Source: Coniocarpon cinnabarinum | Lineage: Eukaryota | Direction of reading: 5' to 3' | NCBI GenBank assembly: GCA_051942205.1 | Contig: JAVECO010000147.1 | Span: 1 to 60,512 of the forward strand | DNA length: 60,512 nt | Part shown: in pieces, positions 60,316 to 60,512 of the stretch | Layout of the letters: every line of letters begins with the position of its first letter | Numbering within the stretch: position 1 is the stretch's first letter | Position numbers and translations under genes: made by a program | Notes under the pieces: model-generated | The model's database searches: none | Told to the model about the DNA's origin: nothing | The model's input: only the letters and a program-made list of their open reading frames with translations

Positions 60316-60512
60316 TCACAGCATAGCTTTAGGCATGTTCCGACTCGCCTGTCTTACTCCAAGGTCACTCAACACCTCCTCCGTCCCCCCAAGAATAGCA
60401 TCGAACTTATACCTGAGCATCATTAGCAATCGCCGCATCAAAACAGAATGCATGTACTCACGTCCGGTGAAACTGCTCCACCAACCCACCCATGCCCCCC
60501 TGCGTCAACCCC
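60316..60512 (-). CDS. 3' end of an acyl-CoA dehydrogenase (partial, continues beyond the window)
   Basis: GLTQGGMGGLVEQFHRT|YKFDAILGGTEEVLSDLGVRQASRNMPKAML* across intron 60461-60413. It ends in a PTS1-like -AML. Confidence 0.8.

Noticed and set aside
1..60512. CRISPR arrays, rRNA, intact transposases, secondary-metabolite backbone genes, TGA-CTA peroxisomal readthrough signals
   Set aside because: Looked for and not seen.

Overview
Eukaryotic, intron-containing, gene-dense sequence from a filamentous ascomycete (Pezizomycotina; the class cannot be fixed from sequence alone). Bases 1-~2680 are an extremely AT-rich, TpA-rich and CpA/TpG-poor block typical of a repeat destroyed by RIP, with a leakage gradient into the flanking DNA. 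The rest is mostly conserved housekeeping genes: msrA, mog1, a PAQR receptor, the F-box protein hrt3, fmp25, DNAJC3/P58IPK, nop56, an SDR, a C2H2 transcription factor, rpl23, palB, NDUFA13/GRIM-19, a Sap1/Yta6-type AAA ATPase, rsc1/2, cct6, ant1, med9, trm10, rps20, an SGNH/CE3 esterase, cue3 and the 3' end of an acyl-CoA dehydrogenase. Accessory material is interspersed: four secreted-protein genes and a ~1000-codon pseudogene. The most interesting signal is a ~5 kb insert between med9 and trm10. It carries a prepro-knottin whose cysteine spacing and glycines match the PAFP-S/Mj-AMP/Alo-3 antifungal knottins, facing a spliced small secreted protein (absent from the ORF track) with two beta/gamma-crystallin-like repeats; together they form a candidate antimicrobial/effector pair. 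Other points are a candidate box C/D snoRNA, a gene relic apparently killed by RIP leakage, frequent AAG/GAG 3' splice sites, an N-terminally extended GRIM-19 and catalytic-motif substitutions in two enzymes. All family calls come from motif recognition and recalled sequences, not from database searches. Intron boundaries were inferred by hand.
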